Source: an uncultured archaeon
Lineage (GTDB): Archaea; Iainarchaeota; Iainarchaeia; Iainarchaeales; CSSED10-239
DNA: 29,710 nucleotides
Direction: 5' to 3'
NCBI GenBank assembly: GCA_964496765.1
Contig: CAZCAP010000010.1
Location: 1-29,710 of the forward strand
Shown: positions 1 to 8,417 of the stretch, in pieces
How positions within the stretch are numbered: the first letter of the stretch is position 1
Layout: every line of letters starts with the position of its first letter
Program-made: the position numbers and the translations under genes
Notes under the pieces: model-generated
Databases searched by the model: none
What the model saw: the letters and a program-made list of their open reading frames with translations, nothing else
What the model was told of the DNA's origin: nothing

Positions 1-64
1 GGCTTAACACCTTCTTTTTTCTATTAAAATATACTTTTATATTTCTTAGCATCTATATCTAATT

Positions 65-673
65 ATGGTTCAAGTAAATAACATCAGCTATAAAAAGATA
101 GATTTACAACAAAAGTCAGAATTAACACCTAACCTCATACACAAAATGTATGAAATAGATGGAGTTTTTGGAAAACCAATTATGGAGATTTTGGGTCTAA
201 AAATAGATGACAGATATCAAAAGAAAATAGAACAGGCATACCATCGTATAATTAATGAACACATGAAGAAAGGAAACTACACATTCTATTTTATGTATGA
301 TAAAAATAAATTACTTGGTTGCGCCTATGGAGAATTCACTAAAAGAAAAGAGTTTTTTCTAGACAGTATATTTATTGATCCAAAATTTAAAATGGAAGGA
401 CATGGAACCAAGCTTCTTGCTAGAGTAATTGCTGATCTAAGAGTAAATCACAGCATAAATACAATCACAATGATTCCAAGAACAGGAACAAAAGAAATAA
501 ATAAGAACCTCACAGGAAATAAACATATTAAGTTTAAAATAAATGGAGAACCAAAAGAGATATTAAGAAAATTTCATTCTGATTTCAAATATGATCTAAA
601 AACAATAGCTGAAAAGAAAGAGAACCCCTATAAAGAACAACTTCTTGTTGTAAGGAAAACAAGATTAAGATGA
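65..673 (+). CDS. GNAT-family N-acetyltransferase-like protein
   Basis: ORF with GNAT-like pattern (FYFMYDKNKLLGCAYGEF...FLDSIFIDPKFKMEGHGTKLLARVI). Confidence 0.7.
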   Translation: MVQVNNISYKKIDLQQKSELTPNLIHKMYEIDGVFGKPIMEILGLKIDDRYQKKIEQAYHRIINEHMKKGNYTFYFMYDKNKLLGCAYGEFTKRKEFFLDSIFIDPKFKMEGHGTKLLARVIADLRVNHSINTITMIPRTGTKEINKNLTGNKHIKFKINGEPKEILRKFHSDFKYDLKTIAEKKENPYKEQLLVVRKTRLR

Positions 674-706
674 GAAAAATAAGTTAATTTAAGAAATTGA
701 TAAGCT

Positions 707-1039
707 ATGAGAATGTGGATGGCTCCGGTAAATAAAATGTGTAACAAACACCTTCTTGGAGAACATGTTGAAATACACATGTTTATAGGGTCCATTAGGA
801 AAGGTATCTCAATTACAGGATATATTAAAAATGATCTATTGGAACCTAAAAGTATTTATAAAAGACATAATGAAATTGCAGAAGAAATGAAAAAAAGAGG
901 ATTTAATCATAGAAGTCCTCTTCCAAAAATAAATTTATCTTCAATAATAATAAAAGAATATTTAAATCATAGGATTGATTGGAGAAATAGTTACAACGAT
1001 TTACTAAGTAGATGTATTAATTGTAGAAATAAAAATTAA
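707..1039 (+). CDS. Pyrimidine dimer DNA glycosylase / T4 endonuclease V-like (Pyr_excise) family protein
   Basis: MRMWM..N.MCNKHLLGEHVEIHMFIGSI.KG.SI.GYI...L.EPKS...RHNEIAEEMKKRGFNHRSPL matches the family signature as remembered. Confidence 0.75.
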   Translation: MRMWMAPVNKMCNKHLLGEHVEIHMFIGSIRKGISITGYIKNDLLEPKSIYKRHNEIAEEMKKRGFNHRSPLPKINLSSIIIKEYLNHRIDWRNSYNDLLSRCINCRNKN

Positions 1040-1735
1040 TTATTTTTTATAGATTGATTCTGCAAACTTTTTCATTTCCTCTTCTGTATCTGGAGTAACA
1101 TCATTCGATTGCAATTTATGTTTAATTTCTTCGAAATCAAGATCTCTTCTTATCCTCTCATAGGGTATTGCTTCTAGAATTTGCGTCATTGGAAAACTAC
1201 GAGCCAGTTGCTTAATACTATAAAATTTGTTTATTTCTCTTAAAGTATTCCGCATTGATCCAGTTTGGGGATATATTTCCCTATAGATCGCAGTTAGGTT
1301 AGGATTAAAATCTAGATATCTTGGGGTCACCTTTTCCATTTTTCCAAGATCAAAACCCATTAGTGAAAGAATATTTATTTTTTCTTTAAAAGTTATATTT
1401 CCCAGTTTATCAAAAATATGTTCTGGATACAATCTAGTATAGGTTTGTATATTTTTTGAGGTTATTCCTTCTTGTTTTAAAGTCCTAACAAACTTATGTA
1501 CATTATGCATATTATTTAAATTTTGGCACTGACCTCTTACAAAAGAAATATTTGTAAGTATTTTTCTTTCTTTTATTCGAAGATCATCAGGGGTTTTAAC
1601 TTTTCTAAAGATAATTGGTTTATCAATGCCAAATATTTTTTTAACAACACCTTTCAAGGTAGGACTTGTTTTTGTTTTAGTTTTTGATTTTATTAATTCT
1701 TTTGGTTTTTTAAATATTTTAATTATTTTTTTCAT
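1040..1735 (-). CDS. Hypothetical protein, basic N-terminus and helical C-terminus
   Basis: 231 aa ORF, no recognised domain. Confidence 0.6.
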   Translation of the reverse strand: MKKIIKIFKKPKELIKSKTKTKTSPTLKGVVKKIFGIDKPIIFRKVKTPDDLRIKERKILTNISFVRGQCQNLNNMHNVHKFVRTLKQEGITSKNIQTYTRLYPEHIFDKLGNITFKEKINILSLMGFDLGKMEKVTPRYLDFNPNLTAIYREIYPQTGSMRNTLREINKFYSIKQLARSFPMTQILEAIPYERIRRDLDFEEIKHKLQSNDVTPDTEEEMKKFAESIYKK

Positions 1736-1846
1736 TAGGAATCACTTATAAATTAGAGTAGTAAGTATATTAAAAACCATACATTTAAATTCATATTTAT
1801 CTTCTGGATATAGTATATACTTAGAATAAATAATTATTGATTAACT

Positions 1847-2548
1847 ATGGTTGATAAAAAGGATACAAACGTTGTTTGTTACATTACTAAAAAACCAATT
1901 AGACCAATAGATGCTGTTCCCTATGACCTAATTAATCCAAAGGTAATTGAACACATCAAGAAAAAATACCCTGATTTTAATAACACTCATTATATTTCAA
2001 GAGATGAATATAAGAAGTATAGATATGAATATCTAGAAACTCTTCTCAAGAAAGAAAAAGGTGAGCTATCAAAGATTGACAAGCAAGTTGTTAAGAGTAT
2101 GATTGAACAGGAATCCCTTGTTAAAGAACTAAGTGTTGATGAGGTAGGATTAACAAGAGGACAAAGAATAGCTGACAAGGTTGCAACCTTTGGAGGTTCC
2201 TGGGGATTTATTATTTCTTTCTTTATTGTTTTATTCATTTGGATAATAATTAACACAACCCTCATGATGACTAGACCCTATGACCCCTATCCATTCATTC
2301 TTTTAAACCTAATCCTATCCTGTCTTGCTGCTATCCAGGCTCCAATAATTATGATGAGCCAGAACAGAAAAGAACAAAAAGATAGACTAAGATCAGAGAA
2401 TGATTATAAGATTAATCTTAAGGCTGAGCTAGAGATTAGACACATACATGAAAAGCTTGATCACCTAACAAGAGATCAATGGCAAAGGTTACTTGAAATT
2501 CAAAAGCTCCAACTGGATATAATTGAAGACACAAGAAAGAAAAAATAA
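1847..2548 (+). CDS. DUF1003 family membrane protein
   Basis: RIADKVATFGGSWGFIISFFIVLFIWIIINT...YDPYPFILLNLILSCLAAIQAPIIMMSQNRKEQKDR typical of DUF1003. Confidence 0.88.
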   Translation: MVDKKDTNVVCYITKKPIRPIDAVPYDLINPKVIEHIKKKYPDFNNTHYISRDEYKKYRYEYLETLLKKEKGELSKIDKQVVKSMIEQESLVKELSVDEVGLTRGQRIADKVATFGGSWGFIISFFIVLFIWIIINTTLMMTRPYDPYPFILLNLILSCLAAIQAPIIMMSQNRKEQKDRLRSENDYKINLKAELEIRHIHEKLDHLTRDQWQRLLEIQKLQLDIIEDTRKKK

Positions 2549-2552
2549 ATAA

Positions 2553-3206
2553 TTACCATCTTTTTAACATCATATCTACCCATTCATTTGCCATCTTAAT
2601 TCTGTCTCTTTGAGGATATTTAATATAATCTTTGATTTTATAACTATAAAGCAAATTTTTTATTTTTGCTTTAGTGTAATCCTTTTTTAGGTCAGCAATA
2701 CTAATTTTTAATGGATAAACCTTATCAAATCCATACTTATCAACAAACTTTTTTGCACCAAAAAATTTCACTAGTTCTTCTACTGGATAAACTGTTTCAA
2801 GTTCATCAAAAGTATATATTTCTGCTAATCCTTTTATTGCAAAATTTTGGGTCATACGTTTTAGATCACAACAAGATCTTATCTCTTTTGCCTTATACCC
2901 TAACTCCATCAATTCAGGAATTGTAAATTTGTATTCTAAAGAAGCAAGAGATTTAATAGACACACCCAATGCACTAAGTGTTTTAGCATTAAGATTTAAT
3001 TTTAACATTTCTTGTGTACGTTTAGGATGACTTTCTAATTTCAGAATATCAGTTATTGCTCTTTGAAAAAGTTCATTGTGTTTTTCTCTATAATATCCTG
3101 GTTTTGATAAAGTTGTTTCTTTTACTGTTTTTTCATATTTTCGTTTATCTAGCTTTCGTTTACCACTTATAGGGATACTTGATAATTTTCGCACCATAAA
3201 CTCCAC
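2553..3206 (-). CDS. Hypothetical helical protein
   Basis: 217 aa ORF, no recognised domain; start may be the second Met. Confidence 0.6.
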   Translation of the reverse strand: MEFMVRKLSSIPISGKRKLDKRKYEKTVKETTLSKPGYYREKHNELFQRAITDILKLESHPKRTQEMLKLNLNAKTLSALGVSIKSLASLEYKFTIPELMELGYKAKEIRSCCDLKRMTQNFAIKGLAEIYTFDELETVYPVEELVKFFGAKKFVDKYGFDKVYPLKISIADLKKDYTKAKIKNLLYSYKIKDYIKYPQRDRIKMANEWVDMMLKRW

Positions 3207-3387
3207 CTCTTTTAAAAATGTAATTTATTGAAATTAACAAGTATATAGAATATAGATTAATTTAAAAATATAACTATGGCTAAGATGGTTTAAAATCTTT
3301 TAAAAAAAGAGTAATTAGATGAAGCTTTTTTAAAATTAAGGAAAGAATCATCTAAAATTGTTTATAAGTTCTTTAAACAATAGAGAT

Positions 3388-3579
3388 TTAAACTATGTTT
3401 ACGTTTGTTGCTTTTGCTCCTCTATCATCTGTTACAACTTCAAATGTTACTTTAGCTCCGTCTCTTACAGAACCCTTCTGTACAATTCCTGTTTCATGAA
3501 CAAAGTAGTCCTTACCGTCCTCTCCTGTTATGAAACCAAATCTTTTCTTGAAGTTATAAAACTTTACTGTTCCTTCCAT
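3388..3579 (-). CDS. Cold shock domain protein (CspA-like)
   Basis: MEGTVKFYNFKKRFGFITGEDGKDYFVHETGI, RNP1/RNP2 motifs, 63 aa. Confidence 0.95.
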   Translation of the reverse strand: MEGTVKFYNFKKRFGFITGEDGKDYFVHETGIVQKGSVRDGAKVTFEVVTDDRGAKATNVNIV

Positions 3580-3750
3580 TCTAAAATCACTTTTTATATT
3601 CGATGTTCAGTCTTTGCTGATATTTGTTAATCTACTATAAACAAAAGAAGTATTTCAATAAAGAAATAGCTTGCTCTAGATTATACTCAATTAACTATAT
3701 ATAATATAGAGAAGTTAAGTATATAAATATATTTATAGAGCAAAAAAACA

Positions 3751-4902
3751 TCAAATTTCAAAGAAATCAGTACTTATGTTCTCTGATAACCCAGATAATT
3801 GACTAATAATGTATTTTGCTAGAGTTGGGTTTATGTTTAGGTCCTTTGAGAGGTCTTCCTCATCTAAATTTAGCATATTTGATAAGCATTTATATTTTTT
3901 TATTAATTGCTCAATAATAGTAGGCGAAAGCCTTTGAATCTTTGATAATATTCTATAGCCTCTTGGATAATGGAAGTCCAGTGAAGGAACATCGTTACTT
4001 GAGCCCAGAGAGATGAATTCTGCTAGCCTATCAGTATCAGATATGGTTCTTAGTCCCATCTTCTTTAGGTTATCAACCATGATTAGTGCTTCCTGCCTAT
4101 TCATCTCCTTTTTTGAATAATCCAATAGGAGCATGGCAAGGATATCTTCAATCCCATAGTTAATCTCATAGAGGCTTTGCATGATGTCTGTTCCCTGTTC
4201 TCCAAGCTCGATTACAAGCATGTCAAGCTCACCTGCATGCTTAAAGAAATAAAGTAGTTTTTGGATTATTGAGAGAGCATCTTCAGATACAGTTGATAGA
4301 CTATTAATTTCATTGTGTATTAAATAATTAAGATCTGAGTCTATTCTTGTTCTATAGTCCTTTAGATTATTTAGACTATTGTTTGATTTAACTAATAATA
4401 ATCTTAGGTCCTGAAGAACATACTTTTGATCCCTATAGAATAGAGAGATTATGTTTCTTCTATGGGATATTGCAATAACTGGTAACCCTGTTTGCCTTGC
4501 TGTTTGTTCTGCACTTCTGTGTCTTATTCCTGTTTCAGATGATGGTATCTCCTTATTTGGCATAAGGTGTAGGTTTGCTGAGATTATTTTTTTTAAATCA
4601 TTTGAAAGAACTATTGCTCCATCCATTTTTGCTAATTCAAACAATCTTGATGAAGCATAGGGAACATCAATTCCTATTCCACCTTGGATTAGAGATTTTA
4701 GTTCATCATTTATTCCTAGAACAATTAGTGCACCAAGATTACCATTTAATATTTCATCTAATCCTTTTCTAAGTTCTGTTCCAGGAGTAACAAGAGGTAG
4801 GATTTTAGTTATATCAATTATTTCTCCTTTTTTAATATCAGATAGAATAGTATCTGACCAGGATTCATCCTTGTATACTTTTCTTCTGATTTTTGTTGGC
4901 AT
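3751..4902 (-). CDS. disA: DisA-like diadenylate cyclase (DisA_N plus C-terminal HhH-like region)
   Basis: DGAIVLS and RHRSAEQ catalytic motifs; GALIVLG; C-terminal LSPTIIEQLIKKYKCLSNMLNLDEEDLSKDLNINPTLAKYI resembles HhH. Confidence 0.9.
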   Translation of the reverse strand: MPTKIRRKVYKDESWSDTILSDIKKGEIIDITKILPLVTPGTELRKGLDEILNGNLGALIVLGINDELKSLIQGGIGIDVPYASSRLFELAKMDGAIVLSNDLKKIISANLHLMPNKEIPSSETGIRHRSAEQTARQTGLPVIAISHRRNIISLFYRDQKYVLQDLRLLLVKSNNSLNNLKDYRTRIDSDLNYLIHNEINSLSTVSEDALSIIQKLLYFFKHAGELDMLVIELGEQGTDIMQSLYEINYGIEDILAMLLLDYSKKEMNRQEALIMVDNLKKMGLRTISDTDRLAEFISLGSSNDVPSLDFHYPRGYRILSKIQRLSPTIIEQLIKKYKCLSNMLNLDEEDLSKDLNINPTLAKYIISQLSGLSENISTDFFEI

Positions 4903-5043
4903 AGTTGTTTCACTTATGATTAGATTTTAAATAAAAAGGTTTTATTATAGTATATAATACGTTTTATTTAAAAAATATACTATGTTTATTTCTATAGTTT
5001 ACCTAATATTTAGGTTTAGATTTAAAATAAAAAAGAAGATTAA

Positions 5044-5136
5044 TTAAATCTTTTCAAACCAATAGGGAACTTTCTTGTTCCAATCTTTTAAGTTTCTTAT
5101 ATTGAATTTACAATAGACGAATGAATAAGGTTTCAT
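5044..5136 (-). CDS. Possible 30 aa small ORF downstream of the BRO-N gene
   Basis: ATG...TAA encoding MKPYSFVYCKFNIRNLKDWNKKVPYWFEKI; manual translation, could be a gene remnant. Confidence 0.25.
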   Translation of the reverse strand: MKPYSFVYCKFNIRNLKDWNKKVPYWFEKI

Positions 5137-5157
5137 TCTTCAGAGAGTTATCAATAC

Positions 5158-6006
5158 TCAAATTTTCAACTCTTTTTTGTTTTTTAACTTATTTGCATTT
5201 AAACGTAAATTGTTTTTATTTGTAATTACTTTTTTACCTAATTTTTGTTCAATAGTTCTTCTTGCATCTCCTGCAACATCTCCACCCTCTTTTGCAATTG
5301 ATTTGCTTTCATTAAATTCTTTTGGGTTTCTTTCTTTAGATATCTCTGTAGTAGTAACTTCACCTAACATGTTTAAAACTAGTTCTAAATTACTCATATT
5401 ATCTCTGAGATTTTCTTTTTTTAGATTTTTTAATTGCTTATATTCTGAAACTGTCATATCCGCCCATGCTTTTGTAATTTCATTAGTTAATATACCATAA
5501 TCTGATTTTTTATCTATTCCAACTCTATTCCATTCATCAGTTAGATCTTTTCTTACTTCAATTGTTTTTAATCTTTGATTAATCCATTCCTTTGAGTATC
5601 CTTTTCTTAGATAATCTCTCATTGCTCGATCTATGGTAAGCTCTGGATCATGCATCTCATTAATTCTCTCATTTCCAACTTTTGCTAGCCATAGTTTGAA
5701 TGGTTCAGCTTTCTTTGATGGAATAGATTGAATAATTCTAAATATTCCTTCTAGGTTTGCACAATCAGTTTCATAGAATTTACCATCAGATGATTCTAGT
5801 TTCAGTTGTACGATTTTATCGTACAACTTAATATTTACTTCATTTTCAGTCTTGTTTTTTAAATCAGACCAATATCTTCTTGGCTCAGAACTATCAGTTA
5901 ATGCACCAACAACATCAACAACTGAAAACCACCAATCATTATTATGCCAGATTCTTCTTATTTTTTTATCTTCAAATACAATTAATTTATTATTATTATC
6001 AGTCAT
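5158..6006 (-). CDS. BRO family N-terminal domain protein (prophage antirepressor/DinD-like)
   Basis: IVFEDKKIRRIWHNNDWWFSVVDVVGALTDSSEPRRYWSDLKNK is BRO-N-like; preceded by GGTGA SD and repeated leader. Confidence 0.85.
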   Translation of the reverse strand: MTDNNNKLIVFEDKKIRRIWHNNDWWFSVVDVVGALTDSSEPRRYWSDLKNKTENEVNIKLYDKIVQLKLESSDGKFYETDCANLEGIFRIIQSIPSKKAEPFKLWLAKVGNERINEMHDPELTIDRAMRDYLRKGYSKEWINQRLKTIEVRKDLTDEWNRVGIDKKSDYGILTNEITKAWADMTVSEYKQLKNLKKENLRDNMSNLELVLNMLGEVTTTEISKERNPKEFNESKSIAKEGGDVAGDARRTIEQKLGKKVITNKNNLRLNANKLKNKKELKI

Positions 6007-6012
6007 TTAAAG

Positions 6013-6072
6013 TCACCATATATATTACATATTTGGTTTATATATCCCTTTCGGGAGGGTAGCTGTCCAAGC
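6013..6072 (-). promoter_or_regulatory. Repeated structured leader, copy E1
   Basis: GCTTGGACAGCTACCCTCCCGAAAGGGATATATAAACCAAATATGTAATATATATGGTGA, ends at SD 6 nt before ATG at 6006. Confidence 0.8.
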
Positions 6073-6076
6073 AAAA

Positions 6077-7102
6077 TTATATTTTAAATATCCTTTTTTC
6101 TATATATTCCTTGGATGGTAAATACTTCATAAGATTCTTTGGGAGAGTTGAAGTAATCTTATAGGTTGATATCCCTATTGGTTTTGTTACATCTTTTAAT
6201 GCATAGTCAACTGTTGTTCTGTTTTTATCTTTACATATAATTATACCAATGGATGGGTTCTCGTTTTCAAGCTTTACTAAATCATCAAGTGCTGATAAAT
6301 AAAACTGCATCTTACCTGCATACTCTGGTTTAAATTTACCTATTTTCAGTTCAAGAGCCATTAAACATCTTAACCTACGATGATATAAAACTAAATCTAT
6401 AAAATATTCTTCATTATCAATTTCTAAACGATATTGACTTCCAATAAAACAAAAGTATCCCCCCATTTCATTTAGAAATTCTTTTATGTTTTTAATTAAA
6501 GAATTTTCAAGTTCTTTTTCTGAATGTTCTTCACCTAATTCAAGAAAATCAAAAGTATATTCATCTTTTACAGCAAGTTTGGCTTGATCCTTGTATTTTT
6601 CTGGAATAACTTTATCAAAATTAGTTTGATTTAAAAGAAACTTTTCATAGGATTTATTTTCAATTTGATTAATTAATAGGTTTTTAGTCCATCCATATTT
6701 GGAGGTAACTCTAATATAAAATTCTTTTTCAAGATCATCTTTACATTTTTCTAAAATAACTATATTCTTCGCCCAACTAATTTCTGCAACCATTGGTTGC
6801 AGTTTTGTATTTGTTTTATATATATCATAAAATAGCTTCATATTCCATAAGTTTCTAGAGGAAAATCCCTTAATTCCTGGGAATTCATTCTGTAGATCTT
6901 TTGCTAGGTTTTCAACAACTGATTTACCCCACTTAAGTTCTTTTTGTTTTTCAACTATTCTTTTTCCAATATCCCAATAAAGATTAACTAATTCCTTATT
7001 TACTGCTTTGAGTGCAGTATATTGAGAAGTAATAATTCTTTGCTTAATATCATTCAAAAAAAGAATATATTCTTTGTTTATAATACTTTTATTATTACCC
7101 AT
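6077..7102 (-). CDS. DUF1016 / YhcG-like PD-(D/E)XK nuclease family protein (start refined from 7168)
   Basis: YFIDLVLYHRRLRCLMALELKIGKFKPEYAGKMQFYLSAL; ATG at 7102 has GGTGA 7 nt upstream; the 22-codon extension overlaps the repeated leader. Confidence 0.88.
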   Translation of the reverse strand: MGNNKSIINKEYILFLNDIKQRIITSQYTALKAVNKELVNLYWDIGKRIVEKQKELKWGKSVVENLAKDLQNEFPGIKGFSSRNLWNMKLFYDIYKTNTKLQPMVAEISWAKNIVILEKCKDDLEKEFYIRVTSKYGWTKNLLINQIENKSYEKFLLNQTNFDKVIPEKYKDQAKLAVKDEYTFDFLELGEEHSEKELENSLIKNIKEFLNEMGGYFCFIGSQYRLEIDNEEYFIDLVLYHRRLRCLMALELKIGKFKPEYAGKMQFYLSALDDLVKLENENPSIGIIICKDKNRTTVDYALKDVTKPIGISTYKITSTLPKNLMKYLPSKEYIEKRIFKI

Positions 7103-7109
7103 ACACAGA

Positions 7110-7170
7110 TCACCACATATATTATAGAAATTGTGGTGTATATCCCTTTCGGGGGGGTACGTGTCCAAGC
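7110..7170 (-). promoter_or_regulatory. Repeated structured leader, copy E2
   Basis: GCTTGGACACGTACCCCCCCGAAAGGGATATACACCACAATTTCTATAATATATGTGGTGA; CACCACA/TGTGGTG 7-bp complement. Confidence 0.85.
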
Positions 7171-7216
7171 AAAATTAAATGATTAATAAAACAGAGGGAA
7201 CTATCTTTTTTTAACT

Positions 7217-7233
7217 ATTAGGAAATTCCTAAT
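7217..7233. repeat. Perfect inverted repeat ATTAGGAAATTCCTAAT
   Basis: 8-nt arms around 1 nt. Confidence 0.7.
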
Positions 7234-7248
7234 AACTGAACTTGTTTT

Positions 7249-7265
7249 TCGCACCAATGGTGCGA
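7249..7265. terminator. Perfect inverted repeat TCGCACCAATGGTGCGA flanked by T-runs; possible hairpin terminator or recombination site
   Basis: 8-nt arms; GTTTTTC before and GTTTTTT after on + strand, immediately 3' of the YhcG-like gene stop (7271). Confidence 0.4.
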
Positions 7266-7270
7266 GTTTT

Positions 7271-8335
7271 TTACTTTATAAATTTATTTTTTGCAAGTTC
7301 TATAGATTGACGTAGTTTCTTTTGTAATATCTCTTTTGATGGAAGTTTGGTTAAATATTCTGATACACGAATATTACTTTTTGATAGCTGAAGTAATTCT
7401 ATGTGTTCTTGATTTTTTCCAGAACATAAAATTAATCCAATAGGTGGGTTTTCACCTCTAATCATTTCATACTTTTCTAAATAACGCAAATACAATTCCA
7501 TTTGACCTTTAAAACCAGCTTGAAATTCTCCAATCTTTAAATCAATAGCTACGAGACATTTAAGTTGACGATGATAAAATAGTAAATCAATATAATAATC
7601 ACAGTCATCTATAGTAATTCTTTTTTGTCTTGATAAAAATGCAAAATCATGGCCAATTTCAATAATGAATCTTTGTAATTCAGCAAGAATTGCAGATTCT
7701 AAATCTTTTTCAGAATAAGTATCTGATAATTCTAAAAAATCTAAAAAATAAGGGTCTCTAAAAACAAGATCTTCGGAAAGTTTTTGATTTTTATTAAGCA
7801 TATCCAATTCGTTTTTAATAGTATTATCTGGTTTTTTAGAAATTGAGGTTCTTTCAAATAATTGTGAATTAATACGTTCCTGTAATTGACGAACACTCCA
7901 ATTTTCTAATTTAGTTAGTTCAATATAGAAATTTCTTTTTAGTGGATTATTAATAAGTATAAGTAGTCTTAAATGTGACCAACTCAATTGTGCACACAGT
8001 GTGTGCAGAATTTTTTCATTATTAAATATATCTGCAATACGCACACAATACCATAATTGTCGTTCACTCCAGCCTTTACCATATTCTTGAATTAATTGTT
8101 TGGATAAGGAACTTATTATTTGTTTTCCATATTTTGCTCTTTTAGCTTGTAGAACCTTATTATTTATTTTTTTGCCTATGTGCCAATACAATAATGATAA
8201 TTCAGTATTAACTGTTATTGCAAATCTACTACGAGTTGTTAAAATTAACTTTTTAATATCTTGATAAAGATCAACATCACTTAATTTCACTGTTGTTCCT
8301 TTTTCTAAAATAACTGGTTTGTTTTTCAATCCCAT
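7271..8335 (-). CDS. DUF1016 / YhcG-like PD-(D/E)XK nuclease family protein (start refined from 8401)
   Basis: YYIDLLFYHRQLKCLVAIDLKIGEFQAGFKGQMELYL; ATG at 8335 with GGTGA 7 nt upstream; extended N-terminus overlaps repeated leader. Confidence 0.88.
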   Translation of the reverse strand: MGLKNKPVILEKGTTVKLSDVDLYQDIKKLILTTRSRFAITVNTELSLLYWHIGKKINNKVLQAKRAKYGKQIISSLSKQLIQEYGKGWSERQLWYCVRIADIFNNEKILHTLCAQLSWSHLRLLILINNPLKRNFYIELTKLENWSVRQLQERINSQLFERTSISKKPDNTIKNELDMLNKNQKLSEDLVFRDPYFLDFLELSDTYSEKDLESAILAELQRFIIEIGHDFAFLSRQKRITIDDCDYYIDLLFYHRQLKCLVAIDLKIGEFQAGFKGQMELYLRYLEKYEMIRGENPPIGLILCSGKNQEHIELLQLSKSNIRVSEYLTKLPSKEILQKKLRQSIELAKNKFIK

Positions 8336-8342
8336 ACACAAG

Positions 8343-8403
8343 TCACCACATATATTATAGAAATTGTGGTGTATATCCCTTTCGGGAGGGTAGCTGTCCA
8401 AGC
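8343..8403 (-). promoter_or_regulatory. Repeated structured leader, copy E3
   Basis: GCTTGGACAGCTACCCTCCCGAAAGGGATATACACCACAATTTCTATAATATATGTGGTGA; about 58/61 identical to E2. Confidence 0.85.
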
Positions 8404-8417
8404 AAAATCAATCAAAT

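Noticed and set aside
1990-2265. ORFs antisense to confident genes (1990..2265 -, 3358..3630 +, 4451..4660 +, 4575..4772 +, 5177..5500 +, 8449..8679 +, 13309..13533 +, 14209..14535 +, 18111..18299 +, 22137..22397 -, 27835..28029 +)
   Set aside because: Shadow ORFs of low-complexity or atypical composition overlapping well-supported CDSs on the other strand.
7110-7170. Self-cleaving ribozyme (hammerhead or HDV-like) in the leader
   Set aside because: A GAAA tetraloop is present but no CUGAUGA core or HDV-like double pseudoknot could be traced.
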